Assembly (NCBI RefSeq): GCF_001194135.2
Contig: NC_068981.1
Location: 19,147,994-19,211,993 of the forward strand
Reading direction: 5' to 3'
DNA from: Octopus bimaculoides
Lineage: Eukaryota
Length of the DNA: 64,000 nucleotides
The notes under the pieces are model-generated. The model searched no databases. It was not told the DNA's origin and saw only the letters and a program-made list of their open reading frames with translations. Position numbers and translations under genes: made by a program. This document shows, piece by piece, positions 1 to 11,580 of this stretch (position 1 is the first letter of the stretch; every line of letters begins with the position of its first letter).

Positions 1-1189
1 ACGAATTAGTAAAGAGTCTCTCTATCACAAAATACAGACCCCAAAATATATTTTGTATCTTTTCATTTGTCTTACTCGCTTACGTTCTGGTGTTTGCTGA
101 ATTTTCTTGAGAACAATCTTTTCTTAGCGGTCAGACCATAGGTGGTCTACTTCTAGCAAAATGGATGTCCACTTAGTGGTCATCCCTCTTATATGTATGT
201 AATATAATTTTTATGAATCTTCAGATTTTTCAATTTGCTAGGCCACTGGTTTTAAATTGATATTAACCAAATTAATATTCAATTTCTCACACTTATTTAA
301 ATTTATATATGTATATATATATATATATATTTATGTATGTATGTATGTATGTATGTATGTATGTGTGTATGTATTATGTAAATATGTACATAATCATTCG
401 CATAAACACACACTGTGAGTGTAGCAGAGAGTAACCTACCTAAAATATTCATAAACACACATATGTGTCTACACTGAATCCTAAAACATTTGTTACTAAG
501 ATACAACAAGCATTTGTATAATAACATCATTATTCTCGTGTTCCTGTAGTATCTTAAACACATAATTTATTTAATTTACTCTGGATATAATTTGTAAATC
601 TGAACGACATTCCGTACTACATGACTGTCACATATAGGAGACCTCGAAGTATTCTGGGAAATTATTCAATAAAATACTAATACTGATGTTGTCAACTTTT
701 GAACATTTTACTTCCTTACTTCCCTCTGTCGTACACAGCCCCGACAACATTCTTGTACTTGCTATGTGAACCATTTCACAAGACTGGCATCGAAAGAAAA
801 AATAATATTTTCTCCTCTCTCTTTCTAGCGCAGGACGTTGTGAACAACAGCCTGTAGCCAGATTTCTATCTTCTATGACATTTCCCTTCCTGTGTTCTCT
901 GTGATAGAATAAAATTATAATACATTTCTGGTTGACAAGAATTTTCTTTAGTTATGTGCATTTACTATGCACTGCTGCAGATACAACATTCTGTAGTACA
1001 CGTACACACACAAACACATACACACACACACACAAATACACATACACACAAATATAACAGCAAACATAAAAGCAAAAACAAGAACCATAAACAGTATAGT
1101 AGTTGAATGTTGTTAATAGCACTGTGGTTTGAGGTTTGGTCAGGTATGTATACACTCTGACAGTTATAGAATGGATTGGTTTAATTAAG

Positions 1190-1500
1190 CTTACTAATCA
1201 AGACAGGTGGAAGACCCAAGGATGTTATTATGTCCGATGTTGGTTATAGCTGGAAGAAGTTTAGCAAACTTCTGCATCAGTGATAAAGAAAATTATCTGT
1301 GTATAGTGAGTGTCAGAAGTTAGGAGTGCCAAGAGAGTATGATGAATATAATGTTTAATGTAGCATGCGTGTGTGAGGAACTGATTGAGGCAAGCAACCT
1401 TCTAAATGTAACCAATATTCCGAGGAATCAAATATTTTCTTCATCAAAGAAGATAACAGAATGAAGAATTTGGTACTAGACAGTAATCTAAATTGAGTAG
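1190..1500 (+). mobile_element. Highly decayed RTE-type LINE fragment
   Basis: agctggaagaagtttag resembles the RTE AGW(R/K)KF segment, followed by residual RSxM-like sequence; many stops and frameshifts. Confidence 0.35.
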
Positions 1501-2899
1501 ATTAATATAGTTTTGTTATTGTTATTCTTATTGCTATTTGGCTCCCAGGTTAGCTTTGATACAACAGACCTCATAATCAAAGATATTCCAGATGAGACCA
1601 TCCTGTCTTTTATTCTGACGTACTGACATCGTATATCTATGACTTCAATATCTAATACTAAAAGAGACACTACCCTCCGGGTAGGTTCTTCGTTTATATA
1701 CACACGTACACAAACACTCATGTATATAGCTATATGCATATATATATATGATTATATATATATATATATATATATATNNNNNNNNNNNNNNNNNNNNNNN
1801 NNNNNNNNNNNNNNNNNNNNNNNNNNNNNNNNNNNNNNNNNNNNNNNNNNNNNNNNNNNNNNNNNNNNNNNNNNNNNNNNNNNNNNNNNNNNNNNNNNNN
1901 NNNNNNNNNNNNNNNNNNNNNNNNNNNNNNNNNNNNNNNNNNNNNNNNNNNNNNNNNNNNNNNNTATATGTATGTATGTATGTATGTATATTCTCGTATT
2001 TTTTCTATAAGTAGAATTAGATAGACCAATGCGTCCATTCCTAATTTAAGATGGTAGAGCGGGTTTTGAGGGGAATTTGGCTGCTATTTCCAACAGATAT
2101 ACCAACTATATAGGTTTCCTTGTTGATCATTAACCAGCTGACATAAGCTATTACTATCTTACATGTTAGGCAATGATACAGCAGAAACCTCTCTTTCTCG
2201 CTCACCTTCTCTTTCTCACTCTCACTCTCTCTCTCTTTCTCTCACTCTCTCTCTCTCTTTCTCTCACTCTCTCTCTCTTTCTCTCACTCTCAGTCTCTCC
2301 TCTTTCATTTCTTTATATCTTTCCTTCAGAGAAGTAGTTGGGCGTAAAGGACGTATGGGGCATAATCTACTGAGGGAAAGAATTGGTGGTAAGCGGAAGG
2401 ACTGACAAAGTTCTGGGTACATATACCTGTGTGTGTGTGTAAGTGCAATTGTGTGTGTGTGTGTAAGTGCAATTGTGTGTGTGTGTGCGTGTGCGTGCAT
2501 AGCAGGGAAGAAGGGAGAGAAAGAAGAAAGAAGAAAAGAAAGGAGAAAAACAAGAAAATTAAAGGAGAATAAAAGAAAGTAAAGGGGGAAGAGGAGAAAA
2601 GGAGTGAAAGAAAGAACGGGGAAGAAAGAAAAGGAATAGAAAAATAAAAGGAAAGACGAACAGGTGTTCGAAGAATACAATTAGAAGAATTCGTTATAAG
2701 AGTAGCAGATGATGAACTGTTAGAAGCAAGGAAGGGAACATAGAAATAAAATGTATATAATAACATGGCTATCATATTGGCAGGGGGCACTAAATTAGAA
2801 GGATAAGTAAAATAGCAAAGTAATAAACAAAATATAGAATAATACAAAATAGAATAATACAAAGAAATTTTAGGGACGAATGAAGATTGCGAGTGGGTA

Positions 2900-3050
2900 T
2901 ATAAAGTGTTGAAAATTAAAACGAAAGAAAATGATAACAAGTGAGGTACTTGGAAAGCATTTTCCAAGTCAAGATGAATACCACAAAATATTCAATAAAA
3001 CACTGTCAAAGTTAGCTACAGCTGCCTCAATAATACAAGAGAATTACACT
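2900..3050 (+). mobile_element. Naiad/Chlamys-type Penelope-like element, RT-to-GIY-YIG linker fragment
   Basis: Translates (one frameshift) to KHFPSQDEYHKIFNK-(N)TVKVSYSCLNN, matching the PLE linker motif KHFP..KIFN.NT(V/I)K.SYSC. Confidence 0.6.
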
Positions 3051-3649
3051 ACGGTAGTAGTTGAATAATATTCTTAAGGCCACAATTTACTCACAAGCAG
3101 CATCTTCAGAGCTTATCGCAAATTAAGTTCTTAACCAAATTGAAATATGTTAACATTTTTGAAGAGGACAGGTCCTTAGCTACATTTTGGCATAGAAATT
3201 GAGATTTGTGTCCAGTGGAAAAATGTTTACATCAAAATTTGTAGCAACGTTATAGGAGAGTAAGTTACGCCTCCAATCAAGTTTAGATCTTAATAACTTT
3301 TTTTATTTTAAAAGCAAACCATATGTATCTTAGCTTCAATGATAGAAGAAACCATGAGGAATTTCATAGTTGTGGTCCCATTCAACAAAAATTTGTATCA
3401 AAAACGTTGTGAGGTAAAATATCATGAAAATATCATGAAGCTTTAAAAGAAAAAAGTTATGAGGGTTTATTTCTGAAATTTGAGGGTGATAATATAGTTC
3501 TATACTTTTTTATGAATATAGTTCTATAAGGGGACTTATAATATCACCGGCATCATTGAGATAAGGAAACATTTATCAACAACACCGCTAATTGACACAT
3601 TTGACACATTAGTAATTATCATAATAGCATAGCCTGGAAAAAACATGGA

Positions 3650-4452
3650 TTAGATGAAAAAATGCAAGCAAGAGAAATAACATTCATAAGATTATAAACC
3701 TGGAAAATTACAGAAGCTGTTACACTTGGAAAAGTTCAGGACAAGTTATTACATCTGGTAAAGTACAGAACAAGAAATGTTTTACTTAAAATATTGCAAT
3801 TAAGGATAAAATTTGAATATTGAAAATTATTTGAGTTTAATTTACAGAGTAACATTAACATTAAAAAAGTTTTATGCAAAGAAGAATAGTATATATGGTA
3901 GGCAAATTCATTATGTAAAAAATAGGCATTGGGTCAAGACTAAAAATGTGAAGACTTGATATCTTAGGCAATTACTCAAGCAAATGTTACTGTGAATTTG
4001 TTGTTATAGGTAGATTTTACTATAATATATAACTAATTTTTGTATTATTCTATTTATTATACTAACTAATTATATACTACTATTATTTTTATTACCTATT
4101 TTAAAATTTCTAATTATTAATTGATAATTTAAAAAATGAATTGTTTTAAAGTGCAAAAACTATTTTGAATTGTTTTATATTCTTAATAGAAGTAACAAAT
4201 AATAACAAATAGATGCAATAACTTGTAATCAAATTTTTTGTTTTAATAAAAGCTAATATTTTCTCAATCTAAATATTTTATTTGAAATTTTATCCTTAGC
4301 TGCAATATTTTAAGCAACAATTTTCTTGTTCTGTGCTTTACCAGATGTAATAAGTTGTCCTGGACTTCTCCAAGTGTAATTACTTCTCCTATACTTTTCC
4401 AGGCTTACAATCTTAGGAATATTATTTGTCTTGCTCGTATTTTTCCATATAA
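3650..4452. mobile_element. Non-autonomous foldback/MITE-like element with about 190-bp inverted arms
   Basis: 3650-3835 (…taagattataaacctggaaaatt…ttattacatctggtaaagtacagaacaagaaa…) is the reverse complement, with scattered mismatches, of 4263-4452; AT-rich spacer, no ORF. Confidence 0.7.
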
Positions 4453-4469
4453 TTTAATAATGACCCGCC

Positions 4470-4747
4470 AAGAATGTAATTTTAGAAACTGGCAGCAATG
4501 TCCACTAGATAATAAGTGGCTCACGAAAGAATCCGTCTACAAGGCCAAAGTTTAAAATAACAGAGACTCCATAAAATTGTATATAGGGCTCCGAGATAGC
4601 TTTTAGACCCGTTTTACGTAACACCTTTGTACCATCCGTAACAATAGAACGAATTCTAAGTCGTTGTCTAAATACATTTAGTACTTATAGGAAAATGATA
4701 TAAATGAACGGAACGCACGATGCGAAACCGAAAAACTGCACATCCTT
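4470..4747 (+). mobile_element. Naiad/Chlamys-type PLE GIY-YIG endonuclease fragment (left of mariner)
   Basis: CNFRNWQQCPLDNKWLTKESVYKAKV*…KLYIGL…RF..H…SLSKYI…RCETEKLHI matches CNCR..CPL..CL..VY.A.V..YIG..LS.Y..C.LC..EK; in-frame stops. Confidence 0.65.
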
Positions 4748-6021
4748 TTAGGTTGTCCAGAAAATTCTGAGCACTTTTTAATATGCAAAAAAGGGATATA
4801 AATAATTGACCTTTCAATCAATTTTATTCAATGAAATAATTTCCATTATTATTATCAGGCAATTTAAATATTCCATCAGCATAAAATTTGACTGGTTTTG
4901 AAGAAAAAATGTTATCTAGATGCATTTTGACTCCATCTAAATCGTTAAATGTTTTTCCTTGCAATGAGTTCTGTAGAGACAGAAACAAGTGGTAGTTAGA
5001 TGCTGCAATATCAGGAGAATATGGTGGATAGGGTAAGAGATCCCAGCCAAGTTCATGTAACTTTGTTCGGGTAGCCAAAGGCACGTGTGATCGGGCATTG
5101 TCTTGTTGGAACACCACTCCTTTCCTGTTGGCAATCTTCGGCTTTAATTCTTTGATTTTTTGGTTCAAATTAGCCAGCTGACGACAGTACACATCAAAAT
5201 TAATGGCCTGGTTTTGTGGGAGAAGCTCATGATAAATAATGCCGTTATGATCCCACCAAACACAAAGCATAGCTTTTTTGGCATGGATATTCGTCTTTGG
5301 CTGCTATTTTTGGGAATCCTTACGCAAACTCCAGGATCTTTTTCGCATTACGTTTTCGTACACAATCCATTTTTCATCTCCAGCCATAAGATGTTTCAAA
5401 AAAGGCATGCTTTCATTCCGTTTCAAAAGCATATCACAAACGGAATACCGATCCAAGCAATTTTTTTCTCAAAGTTTGCTAGGGACCTATACACATTATT
5501 GCGAGAACTGTATGGTAGCTTCATGGGGTGTTTATGAGCTGTACTTTTAGAAATTTCCAACTCCTCTGCAAGTTCTCTAGTCGTGATATTTGAGTTTTCT
5601 TCGATTTTTGCCTTCAAAACATCTTCGTCCAATTTTGAAGGTCTTCCACTGCGACTGTCATCTTGCAAGCTAAACTCCCCAGCTTTGAATTTTGCAAACC
5701 ACCTTTGAACAGTTGATTCACTTACAGTATCATCACCATAAACTTGACAAATGTTTTTTTCAAATCTTTGTAGCATTTTCTCCATTTTTTTTTTTTAAAG
5801 GAGAGCATTACAACGCGAATATGAAAATGTTTGTTTAACCATTTCAAATATCAATAAAGGGTAACCGGACTGAAAGATAAAACTATTTTTAGTCGCAAAC
5901 AAAGAAGAAACGCACTAACACTTCAAGCAACGTCAAAGTTTTAACTGTTACGCTTCAGGTATGTTCAATGAAGCGTTAAAAGATTTAGCTTAAAAACGCT
6001 CAAAACTTCTGGACAACCTAA
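4748..6021 (-). mobile_element. Full-length, inactive mariner (Tc1/mariner, DD34D family) transposon
   Basis: TIRs TTAGGTTGTCCAGAA…GAGC at 4748 and its reverse complement ending 6021, followed by TA (left TSD reads TT). Minus-strand transposase pieces: HTH (TVSESTVQRWFAKFKAGEFSLQDDSRSGRP), AGDEKW, FQQDNARSH, PYSPDIAASNYHLF (third catalytic D->N, spacing 34); frameshifted. Length 1274 bp. Confidence 0.95.
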
Positions 6022-6100
6022 TAAACTCAGGAGAAGAGATACTTTGCCCCTGCCTCCATGCAGGAAAAGTCAATCTACAAATGTTTAAATACTCGTCCCC
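6022..6100 (+). mobile_element. C-terminal remainder of the Naiad-type PLE GIY-YIG interrupted by the mariner
   Basis: INSGEEILCPCLHAGKVNLQMF resembles the terminal LN.R.E…C.H..K..L motif and continues the frame broken at 4747. Confidence 0.5.
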
Positions 6101-6399
6101 GAGGCGAAATCCATGAACAAACAGAATAGCAGTAATCCTAAACGCGATTTATCTAGTCATAGCGCCCACTCTTTAGCCTTACCATAATAATAACTGCCCA
6201 CTCCATCACCCTAACCTCCACTGTTATTACAATCACAAAATTCCCCCACCCCAACTATTTCTTTTCAGTGACTTCATTATTATCTCTGTCTCCACTACCG
6301 AAACTGCTTGAAGTAGCAGTATAGACACATTTCACATAACCATGATCGGGTTTAGGACATAATCCTTTCAACAATACAATTATATCTGTCGTCAATCTT

Positions 6400-7500
6400 T
6401 CTTTATTCCTACTATGTCTGTTGGTCACCTGCATCGTTATGTTTAGTGTTTTTAATATTGTACGCTCCTATAATCTCACCCGCTTCATTTGTTCCACTCG
6501 TCTTCCTTACTTTCTTTGCCCCTTTCTTAATTTACTTACGTGACATATTTTACCCAAAATTCCTTTCATATTTACTTTTGTCTTTGTTTTTTGTCTTTAA
6601 CTCCTTTCCGTTTTGTTGCTTTTTTCCCCCTATTTTCCTAGTTTTTTTTAATAAACTATTATTTTATGAACTCTTTCAATATCTTTACATTCTCATGTAT
6701 CCCATACCTTTCCTCCATCTTTTTAAGTTATTTTTTTTCTAATACTTTTCTCCCAATATTTCTTAACACTTTTCCCAACTTTTACCATACAATGCCCTTT
6801 GTAATGCTCCTCAAAATGTTATTCATATCCCTACCAATATTCCTATTTTTGCCATTTTCCCCATTTTGTCTTTATTCTTATCTTATTTAATTTATTCCAT
6901 TTTATTTCATTTTATTCCATTTCCGACCACCATTTAGAATTTTGAATTATTGACCATAACTCCGAAACAGTACTTCAACCGTTATAATTTTGTTTCGTTT
7001 TTATTTTCAACACTTCCTTCAGTCTCTCCTAATCTTCCTTCATCTCTAAAATTTTTTTTTATATTATTTCATATTTTTGCTATTTCGTCTTTTCTTCTAA
7101 CTCACTACTCCTGCCACTTTAACTGTCATGTTATATCCGTTTTATTTTTCATTTTCCAATGATTACTTCAAATAATTTATCATCTATTATTCGTATAGTG
7201 AATTCTTCTAATTGTATTCTTTAAACACCTGTTCGCTTTCCTTTTTATATTCCTTTTCTCTTTTTCCTTTCCTGTTTTCCTTTTTCTTTTCTTTCTTAAA
7301 CTTTTATTTCTCTTCCCTCATTATTTTTCTTCTTACTTTTCCTTCTTTTTATCCTTTTTACTCTCATTATTTCCGTTTCGATTTTTCTTTTCTCCTCTTC
7401 CTTTTTCTCTTCTGTATTCCTCCTTTTTTTTTTACCTTTATCATACTTTCTTCCCACCATCACACTCCATGTCCAGAAAAGTATAATTATATATAAATGT
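6400..7500 (+). repeat. About 1.1-kb strand-asymmetric T/pyrimidine-rich low-complexity tract
   Basis: Very G-poor and T-rich on the + strand; produces only F/L/S-rich spurious ORFs. Confidence 0.7.
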
Positions 7501-7849
7501 GTTAACCCTGTCAATGTTCTAGTCATACCTTTCGCTAAGATCTTGTGTGCCTACAGGTGAAGCTCAAGGTAGTAAGAGACTAGCTCGACCGGAATAAAAT
7601 ATCACTGATCTATACCATGGTATTGAGTATACTTTACGACAGTTAATACTGATAACACGAGTAAAATGTATGGCAAAGTGGAAACATGCGCCTGAGAAGT
7701 GTAGAAACATATAGCGAAAAACAGCAAGCAAATATATACATACACACACGCACACATTATAGAAAGGGCTCCGTCATGAGCAGAGAAGATGAAAATTTAA
7801 TGAAGCTAAATTAGTCGTTTATATTAAATAAACTTTCATTTCGGTGTCA

Positions 7850-8190
7850 GAAAAATATGTAGCAGTTGAACACTGGAGTCGATATAATCGACTTCCCCTT
7901 TTCCCCCGAAATTGCTAGCCTTGTGCCAAAATTTGAAATCCAATATTAAAATAAGCTCCAAAAATAGCGAGCTCGCTGAATCGTGACCGCGCCGGGAAAA
8001 AAATGATTAGCGGCATTTTATCTGACTTTACGTTCTGCGTTGAAATGTCACTAGTGTCGACTTTATATCTCTTTCTTTCGGGATCGATAAAAGTTACCAG
8101 TTGAACACTGGAGATCGATCTAATCGACTTACCCCTTCCCCGCAAATCACTGGCCTCGTGCTAAAATTTGGAACCGATATCAAATAAACC
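7850..8190 (+). mobile_element. Two tandem partial Meta-domain-like SINE copies
   Basis: Repeated cagttgaacactggag.cgat.taatcgactt.cccc…gctagccttgtgccaaaatttgaaa; ctttctttcgggatcgataaaagttaccag resembles the Meta domain. Confidence 0.7.
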
Positions 8191-8339
8191 CCAGGAAAGA
8201 AAGATGTTTGTACGAACTGACATAACATAGTTGAAAAGTAAGTCCCTCACTTACTGTCTCACGAAGAAATCATTTGAAGATATTTAACTTAATGTGTTTC
8301 GCAGTCATTAACTGATTGGTTGTTAATTGATGCAGTAGA

Positions 8340-8995
8340 TTCATTTAAGTGTAAGGCGTGCATCTAGGGAGTTTCAGCTGGAAGTAGTGTTGAGTTGGAT
8401 CTCAGTAGGGGTGTGAAGATGGAAGGTGCGAAAGTGTTTTGTTACTTAGGCGATATTGAGAAAATGGATCAAACTCGATGACTGTGGCTTGAGTGAGATG
8501 TACATAAAAGAAATACTAAGAACTGAGAGGTGAACTACTGAAGAAAGAAATTATGCTGAAACTGATGGGAAAGGTTTTTGTTGCATGTGTATATAAGTGC
8601 CATTATTTATCGAATATTGGTAACAGATGTGGAACAGTAGACTTGGAGAGAAGAAAAGAATGAATTATAAATGATTATAGGAATAGAATCAATGACAGAT
8701 GTTGTGAAGCAAAATGAGATGAAATGGCTTGGTCGTATTCCGAAGATGGATGAAAGTGATTCGATGAGAAGAGTGGTGGAAATGAATGTAGAAATGAATG
8801 TGGAAAGAAGTAGGGTTAAAGGAATACCGAAAGGTGGCCTAAACAGCTAAAGCTGATGGAAGAAGAAATGAAGGCAAGGGAGCTTTCTTACAGAGGGTGA
8901 ATGTAGAAGAGTGAGTAAAACGGAGAAAACTATCATGTGGTCCACAGGGCTAACCTCTGTTGTATCCGGGGAAAATTGCTTAAAAACAGTTGTTA
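8340..8995 (+). mobile_element. Decayed RTE LINE 3' part
   Basis: FCYLGD motif (ttttgttacttaggcgat) and KWLGRIPKMDE…RRVVEMNVE, matching RTE RW.GHV.RM…V.G.R..GRP. Confidence 0.6.
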
Positions 8996-9639
8996 TTTTG
9001 TCCAGTTGTATTTTAAAGAAGTCAGCCTTGGAGCCTCTATGACGGAGCCCTTTCTATTTCCATAAAATTTTGATGGAAATATTTGAACATAGAATTACAG
9101 TGTAATAAAACTGTTGTATATTATAGTGTGATAATGTTGCTGCTGCTGTTTCTAGCACAGAAGTGTATTGCCGCATGGTTCTTTATGTCTGATACATAGT
9201 CTACATATCCAAGATGGTCCTGGCTGAAAGAAAACGAAATTCTGACTGCCGGCTTCTGGGATTGCAGATAAGGCCATCTCTTCTGCCATTTCCGATTCAT
9301 TGATCTGTGGTACTTGCAGAACGGCACTTTCTGAGCCATGCTGTTATTGTGGTGTCGCTGTTGTTCTCTTTCTTTGTTGATCGAGCTTTTCAAGCAGGTA
9401 ACCCTTAATTGGCGTTCACTGCCACTTGTTTAACTGATGGGCATTTTGCTTTACACAACCGGTCTCATTCCTCTTCTTTCGACGTCCACAACAATACATC
9501 TCCAGAATAGGCCATGAAGACTTGCCAGTTCATAAAGAAACCGCTCCACCCAAACATGTCTTTTTCAGTCAATTTGGCATTCTTTATTTGCAGGTACTTC
9601 AAGAAAAGATCCCGCATTTAATGTTAATTATAGTAATGA

Positions 9640-10210
9640 TAGTAGTGGTGATGGTGTGGTGGTGGTGGTGGTGGTGGTGTTAACGCAAAGAATGTTTTTT
9701 GATGAGATCGGAAGAGCGNNNNNNNNNNNNNNNNNNNNNNNNNNNNNNNNNNNNNNNNNNNNNNNNNNNNNNNNNNNNNNNNNNNNNNNNNNNNNNNNNN
9801 NNNNNNNNNNNNNNNNNNNNNNNNNNNNNNNNNNNNNNNNNNNNNNNNNNNNNNNNNNNNNNNNNNNNNNNNNNNNNNNNNNNNNNNNNNNNNNNNNNNN
9901 NNNNNNNNNNNNNNNNNNNNNNNNNNNNNNNNNNNNNNNNNNNNNNNNNNNNNNNNNNNNNNNNNNNNNNNNNNNNNNNNNNNNNNNNNNNNNNNNNNNN
10001 NNNNNNNNNNNNNNNNNNNNNNNNNNNNNNNNNNNNNNNNNNNNNNNNNNNNNNNTGATAGTGATGGTGGTGGTGGTGGTGATGGTGACAGTGGTGGTGA
10101 TGGTGGTGGTGGTGGTGGTGGTGATGGTGGTGATGGTGATAGTGATGGTGGTGGTGGTGGTGATGGTGACAGTGGTGGTGATGGTGGTGGTGGTGGTGGT
10201 GGTGGTGTTG
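9640..10210 (+). repeat. (GGT/GAT)n complex microsatellite spanning an assembly gap
   Basis: Direct observation; N gap from 9719 to about 10056. Confidence 0.9.
9705..9718 (+). other. Illumina adapter remnant (assembly artefact)
   Basis: AGATCGGAAGAGCG immediately abutting the N gap. Confidence 0.85.
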
Positions 10211-11049
10211 CCAGTTGACGAAATAGTGTTACTTGGTAAAGCGACTTCATTAGTCGACTGCAGCTGTCTTTGCTAGTTCGCTTGAATCATATTTGTTTAT
10301 GGTGTTGATGTTATTGGTGTTGTTATTGTTGTTGCTGCTGTTAACTTTGGTACTGTCAGTGACATTGGTAATACTTTTATTTGTGCTGACGGAGTAGGCG
10401 GTTGTTTTAGAATTATTGAGCAGTAGAAAATATTTCTTTATTGCGACAAAGGCAAGAAGTGTAATAACAATAATAAAATATACAGAAAGAAATATTATTT
10501 CTTGGTCTTGGTGAGTGACATCTTCATAGAACGATATTGCTTTAACGATGTAATACATAAGTGATAGTAGAAAGTCTTCTCTTGGTTATAAAATATCAGC
10601 CAGGGTGAACACTTATAAACAAGTATTAAATATGTTAACACAAACTGAACTTTTTGTTTTTATGCGGATAGCATCTCTGAACTATTTATTGTCTAAGCAA
10701 TTATGCTCCTGGGTCAAGCAATATGCAGTCCCGTACGTCTATTTTGTGATTTGTTCGTCATTACTGCGGTAAGTATGGTGAAATCTATATTTCGCTGATG
10801 AGGTTATAATAAAGTAGAAACAACTTTGGAGTTGTTTCCCCTACTTATCGAAACTATAAAAATATCAGCATTTGTTTAACCTTTTGTGCAGAATTATTTC
10901 TGGTTAACTTTTCTTAATGCTCCCAGAATTTAATGTGTTAATACTCATTAACCATTGGATGGGTCGTACGTGCATGAATATGACATCACTTCACAGAGGA
11001 GAATATTTTGCAAAGTTATAGTTTCGAATTCTTCTTTCTTCATTTTGAG

Positions 11050-11580
11050 CCATGAGATCAACGAACAACTGATGACTTAGCAGAATTGTTACAACGTCGA
11101 ATAGAATGCCTCACATTATTTATTTCCATGTTCTGTGCTCTTAGTTCAAAGCCCGCCAAGATCAAATTTACCGTTCGTTCACTCGTGGTCGATAACAAAG
11201 TACCAATCCAGAGTGATGGATTGGCAGAACTGTAAGAAAGCTGGACATGTTGTCTTGCAGTGTTTGTTCTGACACTTTTCATTCTGAGTTCAAATGCTGC
11301 CACGGCCTACATGCGTAGAGGACTCGATCCATCATCCAAATTAACATCACTTCCTGACACCTTAGATGCCTTTAGTAGAGTCCACACAGTTGCAAGCTTT
11401 CCAGCTCTAGCTCGAAAGCTTGCAACAGTCACACCTGCGACAGGACTTCTGAGCATAAATATCAAGAACAAACATCACAAAGTACTTTGCATAATTCACT
11501 AATGATTCTACCAATCCACTACTTTGAACTAGAACATGATTTTATTAACATTGGAAGGATGAATGGCAACTGATAGCCTC
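11050..11580 (+). mobile_element. Possible decayed LTR-retrotransposon gag(-protease) remnant
   Basis: WQNCKKAGHVVLQC at 11222-11263 has exact CX2CX4HX4C spacing with first C->W (TGG); upstream RSFTRGR in another frame; many stops. Confidence 0.35.

Larger units (their letters stand above)
7760..9056. mobile_element. Non-autonomous DNA element with 18-bp perfect terminal inverted repeat (TA-ended)
   Basis: tagaaagggctccgtcat (7760-7777) and atgacggagccctttcta (9039-9056) are exact reverse complements; no transposase ORF inside. Confidence 0.65.

Noticed and set aside
1540-1690. Protein-like frames on both strands (SFDTTDLIIKDIPDETILSF…)
   Set aside because: Interrupted by a stop; more consistent with a decayed LINE ORF1 fragment; cannot be supported.
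4480-4545. Selenocysteine use in the Naiad-type GIY-YIG
   Set aside because: Cys positions read TTT and TGG, with no in-frame TGA at conserved Cys and no SECIS recognised; the copy is too decayed to say.
6300-6345. Hammerhead in the Naiad PLE 3' region (actgcttgaagtagcagtatag…)
   Set aside because: Core too degenerate (no CUGANGA or GAAA) to call.
10250-10558. Hydrophobic ORF suggesting a GPCR/membrane protein
   Set aside because: Single hydrophobic stretch in AT-rich sequence, poly-N tail from a repeat, no family motif, upstream stops.
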